A stretch of 64,000 nucleotides of DNA from a virus. Its lineage: Duplodnaviria > Caudoviricetes. A model generated the notes under the pieces. That model worked only from the letters and a program-made list of their open reading frames with translations. It was not told the DNA's origin and searched no databases. Location: positions 959-64,958 of the IMG/VR virus record IMGVR_UViG_2693429913_000006. One strand, written 5' to 3'. Made by a program: the position numbers and the translations under genes. Below, piece after piece: positions 18,815-27,211 of this stretch (position 1 is its first letter; each line of letters begins with the position of its first letter).

Positions 18815-19088
18815 AAACGATTTGACTACCAGCCCGGGCGGCGTATCCGGGATCTCTGGTAACTGCCGAAGCAGCGCATGGGGAACCTTTCCCACCTCTG
18901 ATAGTCACCAAGTAATATGAGAAGGTGGGTTTCCCCACCTCCCCTACACAGTATCTAAGATACTGGGACGTTATGTAGTATTAGTATATGCAATAAACAC
19001 AAAAAGCAATCCTCATAAGAAGACTGCTTTTTGGGACGTAATTGAAATTCATACACATAGCGACGATCGCTATGGGACGTTTAATGTA
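18783..19088 (-). ncRNA. candidate structured ncRNA downstream of pemK: three ACGUCCC-hairpin-GUGU units plus a GC-rich multi-stem domain
   Basis: Units at 19053-19080, 18997-19039, 18946-18971; GGUGGG-GAAA-CCCACC and CUGC-UUCG-GCAG tetraloop hairpins; own promoter and terminator; no ORF. Confidence 0.7.
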
Positions 19089-19093
19089 CATTC

Positions 19094-19122
19094 ATTATAT
19101 CGTGCCTATTCAAAGGTGTAAA
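19094..19122 (-). promoter_or_regulatory. sigmaA-type promoter for the downstream ncRNA
   Basis: TTTACA-17 bp-TATAAT on the minus strand, overlapping the pemK stop codon. Confidence 0.7.
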
Positions 19123-19714
19123 GTGTGTTGAGTACCTTGGTAATTTTTTTCTTATCACTCTCAGAGATCGTAGCTATTCGGTTCCGCTTACTACGTTTTC
19201 CATCTTTCTCTTTCTTTCCTACATCCTGATTCTTTAGACGATAGGGCGCATGGATCCTCGAACGACTTACAATCCGCAAATGCTCACATGCAGCCGTTGT
19301 CTCATACTCTTCTAAGTCTATATGAAACCAAAGATTATCGTTTTTCCGCTTGGATGTGAGAGGAATAACCGTACAAAGAGGAGAGCCGGGCTTTGCAGAC
19401 ACAACAACAGCAGGTCTCCTTTTATTGTACTCGCTACCGACATTGTAACCGAGTAGAACCCAGTATACTCCGCCCCGGATGAGAGGGAATTGAGTCTGCT
19501 GTGGTCTTTTATTTACCTCGATCTTCTGTCGTTGCCAATCCAAATGATCCAGCATGTGAATTTGTTGTCTGAGTAGATCAAACGGATCTTCATTTGTCGC
19601 AGCTTTAAGATGACGACTATGTAAGAGATCGTTGATCCCATTTTGAATATCGCTTATCAGTTCTAAAAAGTCTTCCTCGTTAAGAGCTTCACTAAGGTTC
19701 CATTGGTTATCCAA
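19106..19714 (-). CDS. PemK/MazF-family endoribonuclease with ~75-aa N-terminal helical extension
   Basis: IRGGVYWVLLGYNVGSEYNKRRPAVVVS...TVIPLTS...CEHLRIVSRSRI. Confidence 0.9.
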   Translation of the reverse strand: MDNQWNLSEALNEEDFLELISDIQNGINDLLHSRHLKAATNEDPFDLLRQQIHMLDHLDWQRQKIEVNKRPQQTQFPLIRGGVYWVLLGYNVGSEYNKRRPAVVVSAKPGSPLCTVIPLTSKRKNDNLWFHIDLEEYETTAACEHLRIVSRSRIHAPYRLKNQDVGKKEKDGKRSKRNRIATISESDKKKITKVLNTLYTFE

Positions 19715-19756
19715 TCACGACAATCCTTCCAGTATGAGAGTGTGAGCTTTTTCAAT

Positions 19757-19912
19757 TCATTTGTTCTCCACTACAACAGTAGCCTTTTGAATGATGATGT
19801 TCCCGTCCTTTTGAGTGAAAGCAACGATATCTCCTTCCTCAATATTCAATAGCTTCCGTAGTTCCTTTGGGATGCTTGCTTGTCCTTGTTTAGAGACACG
19901 AGAGGTCCACAT
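19757..19912 (-). CDS. AbrB/MazE/SpoVT-family DNA-binding protein, 51 aa (not in ORF track)
   Basis: MWTSRVSKQGQASIPKELRKLLNIEEGDIVAFTQKDGNIIIQKATVVVENK; AGGTG RBS. Confidence 0.85.
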   Translation of the reverse strand: MWTSRVSKQGQASIPKELRKLLNIEEGDIVAFTQKDGNIIIQKATVVVENK

Positions 19913-19989
19913 ACATATCACCTACCCTTGTATTAGATTCATAATTTTATAATTTATTAATTCGATGAACAGGCAATAGCTCCTTCTTT

Positions 19990-20112
19990 ATGTGTAAAGA
20001 AAAGTGTCAGTTTCTGAACACACGAAATTAGATTCAAAAATGACAGAATTTCCTCTTGGTTGTGTAAATAAACTGTGTTAAGATATCTATGTAAAGGTTG
20101 ATGTGTAAAATA
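19990..20112. promoter_or_regulatory. probable res site / promoter of resolvase 1
   Basis: Repeated TGTGTAAA half-sites (19991, 20061, 20102) immediately upstream of the serine recombinase. Confidence 0.5.
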
Positions 20113-20113
20113 A

Positions 20114-20683
20114 TTGGTGTTGGTGATAAGTATGAAGGTAGGTTATGCGAGAGTATCAACTGTCGACCAGAATTTGGATTTGCAGATTGATGCATTGAAG
20201 GAGTATGGTTGCGAAAAGATTTACCAGGACAAAGTGTCTGGAGCCAAGGAGAGGCGAAAGGGACTGGATGAGGCTTTGGAGTATGTTCGGGAAGGGGATA
20301 CCTTAGTGGTGTGGCGTTTGGATCGGCTTGGACGGACTATGCGTCACCTCATCGAGATAGTGAACGGCCTAAATGAACGAGGGATCAGCTTCCATAGTCT
20401 TCAGGAAAACATCACGATGGATCGATCGAATGCTACTGGCCAGCTCATGTTTCACTTGTTCGCTTCGTTCGCAGAGTTTGAACGGAATCTGATCCGTGAG
20501 AGAACAGCAGCTGGACAAGCCGCCGCACGAGCGAGGGGTAGAATGGGTGGCAGACCTAAGAAGCTCAGTCCCAAAGAGGTAGATATGCTCCGAACGCTTG
20601 CCAAGGATGGAACACCCATCAAAGACATCGCCGAGATGCTGGATATATCACGAACCACGGTATATAGCTATTTAGACACATAG
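20114..20683 (+). CDS. small serine recombinase (resolvase/invertase), likely start 20132
   Basis: GYARVST.DQNLDLQ, GDTLVVWRLDRLGR, AEFERNLIRERT..G..AARARGR.GGRP, C-terminal HTH. Confidence 0.95.
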   Translation: MVLVISMKVGYARVSTVDQNLDLQIDALKEYGCEKIYQDKVSGAKERRKGLDEALEYVREGDTLVVWRLDRLGRTMRHLIEIVNGLNERGISFHSLQENITMDRSNATGQLMFHLFASFAEFERNLIRERTAAGQAAARARGRMGGRPKKLSPKEVDMLRTLAKDGTPIKDIAEMLDISRTTVYSYLDT

Positions 20684-20738
20684 TCATGTTTTTGATATCA
20701 AGGCGATTATAGCCATCAAAACTTAGGAGGAAGAAAAA

Positions 20739-21044
20739 ATGTCAAACACACCTAAATTTTCGGATGAGGATCTCATGCTGATAGAAGAAGCTTTGTATAA
20801 AAGGTTTTTAAAGCGCTATGTTGATGCACAAATGTTGCTCCAGCTACATGATCGATTTCAAGAAATATCGTACTCTGATCAGGATAGCAAGGAAAAAGAA
20901 AAATACCTGAAGATTGAAGAAGATGAGTTGAAACCCCTTAGGGAACTATTGATTAAATCGTTTGATTTTACGGAAAGAAGTTTGCTTATAGATGCTAAAG
21001 ATGCATGGGATCGAGAGAAAGAAAAGATGAAACGCACAAAGTAG
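20739..21044 (+). CDS. hypothetical protein
   Basis: AGGAGG RBS, 101 aa. Confidence 0.6.
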   Translation: MSNTPKFSDEDLMLIEEALYKRFLKRYVDAQMLLQLHDRFQEISYSDQDSKEKEKYLKIEEDELKPLRELLIKSFDFTERSLLIDAKDAWDREKEKMKRTK

Positions 21045-21243
21045 CTATATCTCTATCAAGACCAACAGTCTATCGCTATTTGGATAAGTAGCACGAGACG
21101 GAATACAAGCCTGTTTGTAGGATTTATTATCTTCTTTGATACAAAGACACTCAGAATCAAAAATGAGCTTTCATACAGGCTCGCAGGGGCATGTTTTGGA
21201 AGGTGAAAACGGATTTCTACACAAACACTAGGAGGAACGAAAA

Positions 21244-21465
21244 ATGAATACAAACAACCTTTATTTAGCTGGAAAAGGCGTAACCCTCATGAAAATTTAC
21301 TTTGAAAATGGTCAAATCGCTCACCTTGAAGATAAGGATGCAAGAATGGCCCTATCATTCATTTCAAATAACGAAATCCTACCCATCATGGACTTGGTGA
21401 GTGGAGAAAAACTAGATCTAGCTGGCATGGTTAAGTTTGACGTGCGTTACACTACTAAGGGATGA
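21244..21465 (+). CDS. hypothetical protein
   Basis: AGGAGG RBS, 73 aa. Confidence 0.5.
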   Translation: MNTNNLYLAGKGVTLMKIYFENGQIAHLEDKDARMALSFISNNEILPIMDLVSGEKLDLAGMVKFDVRYTTKG

Positions 21466-21561
21466 TAAGTGACCTTAGTAGCTGACTTAGTGACTGTAAG
21501 ATTTGATTCATTTTCGTACATTGGACTGTACCCCTACGTAAGTTAATTCACTCACAGGAGC

Positions 21562-21807
21562 GTGTTTAAAATGCCACATACATTCACTGATTGGTACTGT
21601 CCGACTTGTGAAATACATAAGTCAACAAACACCTTTACTTTCGAACCTGACCCTCACATATGCAAATATTGCAACAAGACAATGAAAAAGCTAAAAGAAA
21701 GACCCCCTGAGATCATACCTTGCTCATACTGCGGTATAAGAACAGAATATAACAACGAACTTCGCGCATGCTCTAACTGTTACGATATTTGGATTAATGA
21801 ATTTTGA
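21562..21807 (+). CDS. small zinc-finger protein (copy 1)
   Basis: Four CxxC; near-identical to 62372-62608. Confidence 0.65.
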   Translation: MFKMPHTFTDWYCPTCEIHKSTNTFTFEPDPHICKYCNKTMKKLKERPPEIIPCSYCGIRTEYNNELRACSNCYDIWINEF

Positions 21808-22176
21808 CTTAAAGGGGATAAAAAATGAAAGAAGTAGTTGTAAACAAAGCATACATAATCGATGTTTTGAATTCAGCTAAAAGAGGAAATCCTCGTCGAT
21901 TGTGTTATGAAAATAAAGTGATTGATGTTTTATACGGCTATCCTGAAGGTTCATGGGCTATCTTTGTTGATAATCGTGGGATTATCAACGAGCATGATAT
22001 CGATAGGGCAATTTCTACCCTAAATATGTTGTTGAATTCGGATTACGAAAGCACAGGCGTTTTGCCAGAGATGATTCAGGAGCAAGGAGAACCGTGTGAC
22101 AAATGCACGAAACTTACGGAGTTATATATGGTCATGGAAGACGGGCGTAAATTATGCCCGCGTTGTAGTCGTATGT
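21569..22176 (+). repeat. 608-bp direct repeat, copy 1
   Basis: Colinear with 62370-62977 (offset 40801) with about 9 substitutions by eye. Confidence 0.95.
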
Positions 22177-22208
22177 GGGGTATGGGGAGCAACGGAACAG
22201 CGGAATAG
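21825..22208 (+). CDS. hypothetical protein (copy 1), stop codon replaced by transposon-end sequence
   Basis: Identical to 62626-62979 through CPRCSRM, then reads into GGGGTATGGGG. Confidence 0.7.
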   Translation: MKEVVVNKAYIIDVLNSAKRGNPRRLCYENKVIDVLYGYPEGSWAIFVDNRGIINEHDIDRAISTLNMLLNSDYESTGVLPEMIQEQGEPCDKCTKLTELYMVMEDGRKLCPRCSRMWGMGSNGTAE

Positions 22209-22278
22209 ACCTTATCGGACATGAAAATTGGAATAAATTTGCATATGGCCCCTTATTTCGCTTTTGGTTGCCATCCAG
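22177..22278 (+). mobile_element. solo Tn3-family (Tn5401-like) left end
   Basis: GGGGTATGGGGAGCAACGGAACAG..CCTTATCGGACAT; matches 44457-44563 apart from a 5-bp gap and a few substitutions. Confidence 0.8.
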
Positions 22279-22364
22279 ATCTAGTACCAGCAAACGAAAG
22301 GGTTACCAGCTTCTATGATCAAAAAATGAAGGAAACCAGCGAAATCAGTACGATTTTGTTTATG

Positions 22365-22699
22365 CCATAAATAAAAAAATATGTACTGTAGAGCAACTAA
22401 CCCTCTAATGGGGGCAGAGGGAGCGAACGGCGATTTTGGGGCCATCTGAACAGAAAATGGAAATTGAGTTACGGAAAGTACCGATAAACACTATGAAATT
22501 GGAACTTGAGTAATTTTTTTGCTCTCGTCAGTTTAGATATATCGTGTTTAAGTGCTAGTCGAGACGAATTAGTGCCGACTCCATACATTCTAGGAACTTT
22601 CCTGTACTGAACCACCAGATATTTCCTAGATGTCCCCAAAATTAGCCTTCGCTCCTTTTAGGCCTAATGGTTAGTTGTTCTTTTCTGCATATTTTATGG
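22365..22699 (+). other. ~335-nt rod-like imperfect hairpin (sso-like DNA or structured RNA)
   Basis: Nested pairings GAGCAACTAACC/GGTTAGTTGTTC, GGAGCGAA/TTCGCTCC, ATTTTGGGG.CATCT/AGATG.CCCCAAAAT, GGAAAGT/ACTTTCC. Confidence 0.7.
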
Positions 22700-22717
22700 T
22701 TGGGGGTCAGCTAACTA

Positions 22718-22894
22718 ATGGATAAGAAGTATGTACAGATCGTTATTGATCCACAAACGATGACGGCACACGTAGAAACAGCAAACATAAATAAATCATA
22801 CTTACAAGAGTGGGTCCTTATTCTAGGGGCTTTAGAACAAGCAACGGAAAATACAAGGAGATTTGTCTCTGCTAATAAAGAGAAATTACTATGA
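22718..22894 (+). CDS. 58-aa hypothetical protein (not in ORF track)
   Basis: MDKKYVQIVIDPQTMTAHVETANINKSYLQEWVLILGALEQ..., GGGGGT RBS, ATGA overlap with the next gene. Confidence 0.5.
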   Translation: MDKKYVQIVIDPQTMTAHVETANINKSYLQEWVLILGALEQATENTRRFVSANKEKLL

Positions 22895-23082
22895 AAAAAA
22901 GACTAAAAATAGTTCGATTCCTCCAATTACTATCGGAGGATTTTTTAATCTGTTTGGGACTCTTTTTTATCATCAAGGCGAGCTTTATGTTACATGAGAT
23001 CGCAGGCTATTACGTCATGGGTATCGTACTTTGTTTCATTGGATATCTGATTGCGCGCCGATCTGCAAAGGGAGGGAAATAG
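22891..23082 (+). CDS. small membrane protein typically found between terL and portal
   Basis: EDFLICLGLFFII.ASF....IAGYYVMG two-TM pattern directly before portal. Confidence 0.7.
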   Translation: MKKRLKIVRFLQLLSEDFLICLGLFFIIKASFMLHEIAGYYVMGIVLCFIGYLIARRSAKGGK

Positions 23083-24345
23083 ATGTTCTTTCGGAGCTTG
23101 ATTGGCTTAGAAGAGTCGGACCTATCCGATCCTCAATCTTGGTTGAAAAGATTATTTGGAGGGCAGCCGACCGCCAGCGGGGAGTCCGTCACCAGTGATT
23201 CAGCGATTACTAACAGCAATGTCTATACATGCGCTAATATTTTGGCGGGCGACATTGGGAAATTCCCTATACAAACATTCCGCAAACGAAAAAGTGGAAT
23301 TGAGTATGAGGAATCCCATCCGGTCGCGAAATTATTGGGAAGCCGTCCGAATCCGTATATGTCGGCTTACACATTTAAAGAAACGATGCAAGTACACTGT
23401 ATTTGTTGGGGTAACGCATATTCCTATATAGACTGGGATTGGAACGGACAGCCGAAGGCACTTTGGATACTTGATCCCTCGTTGACTGATGTTAGATTAG
23501 ATCAGGTTACGGGTGAGCTTTGGTATGTCACAACTACGCCGGGCGGAGAGCAACGAAAAATTCCTTGGTACGATATGTTACATATTAAAATGCTATCGAA
23601 AAGTGGGCTTAAGGGGATTAGTCCAATAGCAGCAATCCGGGAGAGGATCGGGATTCAACAGGCCGCCGACAAGTTTCTAGGCTCTTTTTATGCGAATGGG
23701 ACCGCATCCTCTGGGGTCGTAAAAGTACCTGTTCCATTAAAAAGAGAAGCGAAGGAAAAAGTCCGTGAGGAATGGCAAAAATTGAATAGTGGCTTGAGCA
23801 ACTATCAAAAGGTAGCTGTTTTAGATGGTGGGATGGATTTTCAAAATTTAGTTATGCCATTGAAAGATGCCGAGTTTATTCAGACACAGAAGTTCGGCAT
23901 TTCAGAGATCGCCAAAATTTATAAAATCCCACCACATAAATTAGGTCAGCTTGATAAGTCTACCTATAATAATGTCGAGCAACAAAGCCTTGATTACATC
24001 AAGTCTACTATCCAGCCCATTGTAGTTAATTGGGAGGAAGAGATAAATTATAAACTCTTCACGCTGCAGGACCAGAAGCGATATTATTGTAAGTTCAATG
24101 TTACCAGTGAATTGCGTGGAGATAGTCAGGCGAGGGCGCAATATTACCGGGAAATGATATCTATTGGGGTCTATACAGTTAATGAGGTTCGAGCATTGGA
24201 AGAGTTAGATCGTATTGGTGATGTAGGGGATAAGCATTATATGAGCCTAAACTTTACGACTTTAGATATGATTGAGCAGTATCAAGCCGGGAGAGCGGGC
24301 CTACTTAAAGGGGGTGAGAAAAACAAAAATGGAACCGATGAGTAA
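23083..24345 (+). CDS. phage portal protein, HK97 family
   Basis: VYTC.NILAGDIGKFP, PNPYMSAYTF, GNAY, G.SPI, IYKIPPHKLG, NNVEQQS, TVNEVRALE. Confidence 0.95.
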   Translation: MFFRSLIGLEESDLSDPQSWLKRLFGGQPTASGESVTSDSAITNSNVYTCANILAGDIGKFPIQTFRKRKSGIEYEESHPVAKLLGSRPNPYMSAYTFKETMQVHCICWGNAYSYIDWDWNGQPKALWILDPSLTDVRLDQVTGELWYVTTTPGGEQRKIPWYDMLHIKMLSKSGLKGISPIAAIRERIGIQQAADKFLGSFYANGTASSGVVKVPVPLKREAKEKVREEWQKLNSGLSNYQKVAVLDGGMDFQNLVMPLKDAEFIQTQKFGISEIAKIYKIPPHKLGQLDKSTYNNVEQQSLDYIKSTIQPIVVNWEEEINYKLFTLQDQKRYYCKFNVTSELRGDSQARAQYYREMISIGVYTVNEVRALEELDRIGDVGDKHYMSLNFTTLDMIEQYQAGRAGLLKGGEKNKNGTDE

Positions 24346-24961
24346 AGAAATCCGATACTTGCAAAGCAAGGTAGAGATTCGTACAGATCAAAGCGAAAGT
24401 GAGTATATAGAGGGATACGCACTCAAGTTTGAAAAATGGTCGGAGAGAATGGGAATCCTTACGCCTTTTAGGGAGATCATTAGTCGCGATTCGTTGATTG
24501 ATACGAATATGGCTGATGTGGTGGCACTGTTTAACCATCGGGAAGACTTTCCTCTAGCGCGTAGCACTGTATCAGGGGAGAATGGACGACTAGAGCTTAC
24601 AGTGGATGACATTGGTTTAAAGTTTCGTCTGACGCCAACAAACACTACTTTTGCACGGGATTTGTTGGAGAATGTCCGGGCAGGAGTTGTTGACCAGTGT
24701 TCATTTGCTTTTTCGATTGACCATTCTTCAAAGGATGCGGAAACTTGGACATACAACGATAATGATGAAATCTATGAGCGTCGAATAAATAAAATCAAAA
24801 ATCTATATGACATATCAGTTGTAACCTATCCTGCTTATCCTGATACGGAAGCTATAGTTAGTTCTCGTAGTAGAGAGCGAGTAAAAGAGCTGGAATTAAA
24901 GCGAAGCCTACCGACTGAAAGAGAAAAGATATTAATGGAGCTGGACCTTTTATCTGTATGA
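24329..24961 (+). CDS. HK97-family prohead protease
   Basis: IEGYALKF, FREII, VVALFNH, CSFAF, DISVVTYPAYPDT; start at MEPMSKE after GGGGTGAG. Confidence 0.92.
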   Translation: MEPMSKEIRYLQSKVEIRTDQSESEYIEGYALKFEKWSERMGILTPFREIISRDSLIDTNMADVVALFNHREDFPLARSTVSGENGRLELTVDDIGLKFRLTPTNTTFARDLLENVRAGVVDQCSFAFSIDHSSKDAETWTYNDNDEIYERRINKIKNLYDISVVTYPAYPDTEAIVSSRSRERVKELELKRSLPTEREKILMELDLLSV

Positions 24962-24998
24962 AAAAGGTCCTTTTTATATTGAAAGCGAGGAATTATAT

Positions 24999-26168
24999 AT
25001 GCGTCCAGAATTACGAGAATTACGCCAGCAGCTGGAGTCTAAAGTCAAAGAAGGAAAACAGCTTGCTTTTGATGGGAAGCTTGAGGAAGCCAACCAACGT
25101 AAACAAGAAGCCGAAGAAATACGTGGAAAGATTACATTGTTAGAGGAATTCAGTGAGTATGAAGGTAGTATGGCCTTGGATAATACAAATTCGGTGTCTG
25201 CTCCGGCGATTATCACAGAACGAAAAGCAACGGATTCCTCAGATGAGAATTATAATCGTGTATTCCTCAAAACTCTACGGAATCGTACTCTAAGTGGAAA
25301 TGAATTCGATTTGCTAGAGGAAAAAAGAGCCATGACTTCGGGATCGAATGAGGACGGCGGTTATATCATTCCTAAAGATTTAGATACCAAGATCAATGAG
25401 TTGAAACGGCAATATGTATCATTAGAGCCGTTTGTTCACGTTGAAGATGTAACAACAAGTACCGGGGTAAGAACGCTAGAGAAACTAGCAACCATGACTC
25501 CATTTGTTGAGTTTGCAGAGATGACCAACATACCTGATATGGATAACCCGAAATTTGTTCCGGTTAGCTATACGATTAAGGAACGCGGTGGTATTTTGCC
25601 GATCTCTAACACACTTCTAGCCGATACAGACCAAAATCTATTATCTTATGTAGCTCAGTGGATTGCCCGGAAATCTGTCTTCACACGAAACAAGTTAATC
25701 CTTGACGTGTTAGCAACATTAGAGAAAAAGAGCCTGACAGATATTAAGGCGGTCAAAAAAGTTATTAACGTTGACTTAGACCCGGCCTTATCTGCATCAG
25801 CCACTATCTTTACCAATCAAGACGCTTTTCAGTGGCTAGATGAGCAAATGGACGGAAACGGTCGCCCGCTTATTCAACCAGATGTTACGCAGCCAACACA
25901 AAAATTATTATTTGGATCACATCGCATTGTAGTATTAGCTAATCGTTGGTTGCCTTCTGTGGGGACGAAAGCACCGTTTATCATTGGAAATCTAGATGAG
26001 ACGGTCGCCTTGTTTGATCGTCAGCAGTACTCTGTTACATCAACGAATGTTGGCGGGGATTCGTTCAAACGGAACTCAACCGATATTCGTGTGATTCAAC
26101 GCGAAGACGTGAAGCTATGGGATTCCGCGGCAACAGTCTATGGAGAACTTACATTGAGGGATAAATAG
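24999..26168 (+). CDS. major capsid protein, HK97 family
   Basis: N-terminal coiled-coil delta domain, DGGYIIP, ISNTLLAD, DGNGRPLIQPD. Confidence 0.95.
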   Translation: MRPELRELRQQLESKVKEGKQLAFDGKLEEANQRKQEAEEIRGKITLLEEFSEYEGSMALDNTNSVSAPAIITERKATDSSDENYNRVFLKTLRNRTLSGNEFDLLEEKRAMTSGSNEDGGYIIPKDLDTKINELKRQYVSLEPFVHVEDVTTSTGVRTLEKLATMTPFVEFAEMTNIPDMDNPKFVPVSYTIKERGGILPISNTLLADTDQNLLSYVAQWIARKSVFTRNKLILDVLATLEKKSLTDIKAVKKVINVDLDPALSASATIFTNQDAFQWLDEQMDGNGRPLIQPDVTQPTQKLLFGSHRIVVLANRWLPSVGTKAPFIIGNLDETVALFDRQQYSVTSTNVGGDSFKRNSTDIRVIQREDVKLWDSAATVYGELTLRDK

Positions 26169-26231
26169 GGTAATGTATTTACTCTAACCCTTATTTCAAA
26201 TAACGTTACAAAATCAAAAAAGGTTGATCGA

Positions 26232-26507
26232 ATGGACATTAAAGATATGAAAACGTTCCTTAAAATCGATCACGATGACGAGGATGCAATAATTGAGGGA
26301 ATGATATTGGCTGGTCGGGAGTTTATCCGAAACGCAGCGGGAGAGGTAAACGAATCAAGTGAGTTGTACAAGCTATGCTTGAAGTTGTTAGTCACTCATT
26401 GGTTTGATAACCGAAATATATTTATTAATGGATGGGTAAATGAAGTTCCGTTTTCCTTAAAGGCTATGATCTATCAACTTCAATACTGCGGTGATACAGA
26501 TGCTTAA
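26232..26507 (+). CDS. head-tail connector (gp6-like)
   Basis: MKTFLKIDHDDEDAII..LLVTHWFDNR..QLQY. Confidence 0.9.
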   Translation: MDIKDMKTFLKIDHDDEDAIIEGMILAGREFIRNAAGEVNESSELYKLCLKLLVTHWFDNRNIFINGWVNEVPFSLKAMIYQLQYCGDTDA

Positions 26508-26826
26508 TGTGAATGACTTGCGGCATCGCATCCGGATTCTAGACCGGGTTATTACGCGAGATGATGAAGGTAGTCCAATCGAAGATTGGACTACCAAGGT
26601 TACTCTCTGGGCAGAAGTTAATCCATTGAGTGGCCGAGAATATTATCAGGCTGCTGCTGTTCAATCTGAAAATGATGTCAAAATTCGTATTCGTTATAGG
26701 GCTGATATCTCAACGGATATGAGAGTCCAGTTTAATCAAAAATTGTATGATATACAGTCTGTGGTTGATTGGAATTCAGAGCATAGAGAGTTACATCTTA
26801 CGGTAAAGGAAGTTGTAAATGGGTAG
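26491..26826 (+). CDS. head closure / head-tail adaptor
   Basis: LRHRI, WAEVNPLSGREY..A, IRIRYR.DI..DMRV. Confidence 0.9.
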   Translation: MIQMLNVNDLRHRIRILDRVITRDDEGSPIEDWTTKVTLWAEVNPLSGREYYQAAAVQSENDVKIRIRYRADISTDMRVQFNQKLYDIQSVVDWNSEHRELHLTVKEVVNG

Positions 26827-27211
26827 TGATATGAGATTTGATGGCATAGGAGAAATGATAAACAATATCCGTGCTCTTGGTATTTCGACGGATCGAGCCG
26901 AAAATAAAGCGGTCCGGTCTGGAGGGGAAGAGCTAAGGGAATCAATGTCACATCATGCGCCGGGTCCATCTAACAAAAAAAGGGAAGTTCATCTTCCTGA
27001 TAATATCCAAATGGGGCGAGTTAAAAAAGATGAGCGAGGAAAATTGGTCGAGGTGGGGCCGGGAAGAGGCTCATTTTATTCGTACTTCTTGGAATTCGGG
27101 ACATCCAAAATGTCCCCCTACCCATTTATCGGCCCATCTATTGATGAGTCGAAGGAACGTGTTTTAAAGATTATGGCGGATGAACTAAGGGATGGTATCA
27201 AAATACCATGA
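26819..27211 (+). CDS. HK97 gp10-like tail component
   Basis: FY.YFLEFGTSKM.PYPFIGP. Confidence 0.88.
   Translation: MGSDMRFDGIGEMINNIRALGISTDRAENKAVRSGGEELRESMSHHAPGPSNKKREVHLPDNIQMGRVKKDERGKLVEVGPGRGSFYSYFLEFGTSKMSPYPFIGPSIDESKERVLKIMADELRDGIKIP

Noticed and set aside
18946-19080. pemK-downstream units as a CRISPR array or classical ToxI tandem repeats
   Set aside because: Only short flanks are conserved, the units are not tandem near-identical copies, and they lie downstream of the toxin
20114-20683. Serine recombinases as phage integrase or tail-fibre invertase
   Set aside because: Both are small resolvase-type proteins without a large C-terminal domain; no inverted crossover sites seen around tail genes
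21569-22176. Near-identical repeats as a DGR template/variable pair
   Set aside because: No reverse transcriptase in the window and the substitutions are not adenine-specific
22365-22699. Hairpin as a protelomerase (telRL) site of a linear phage-plasmid
   Set aside because: Highly imperfect with bulges, and no protelomerase gene is present; HNH-cos-terminase suggests a circular prophage
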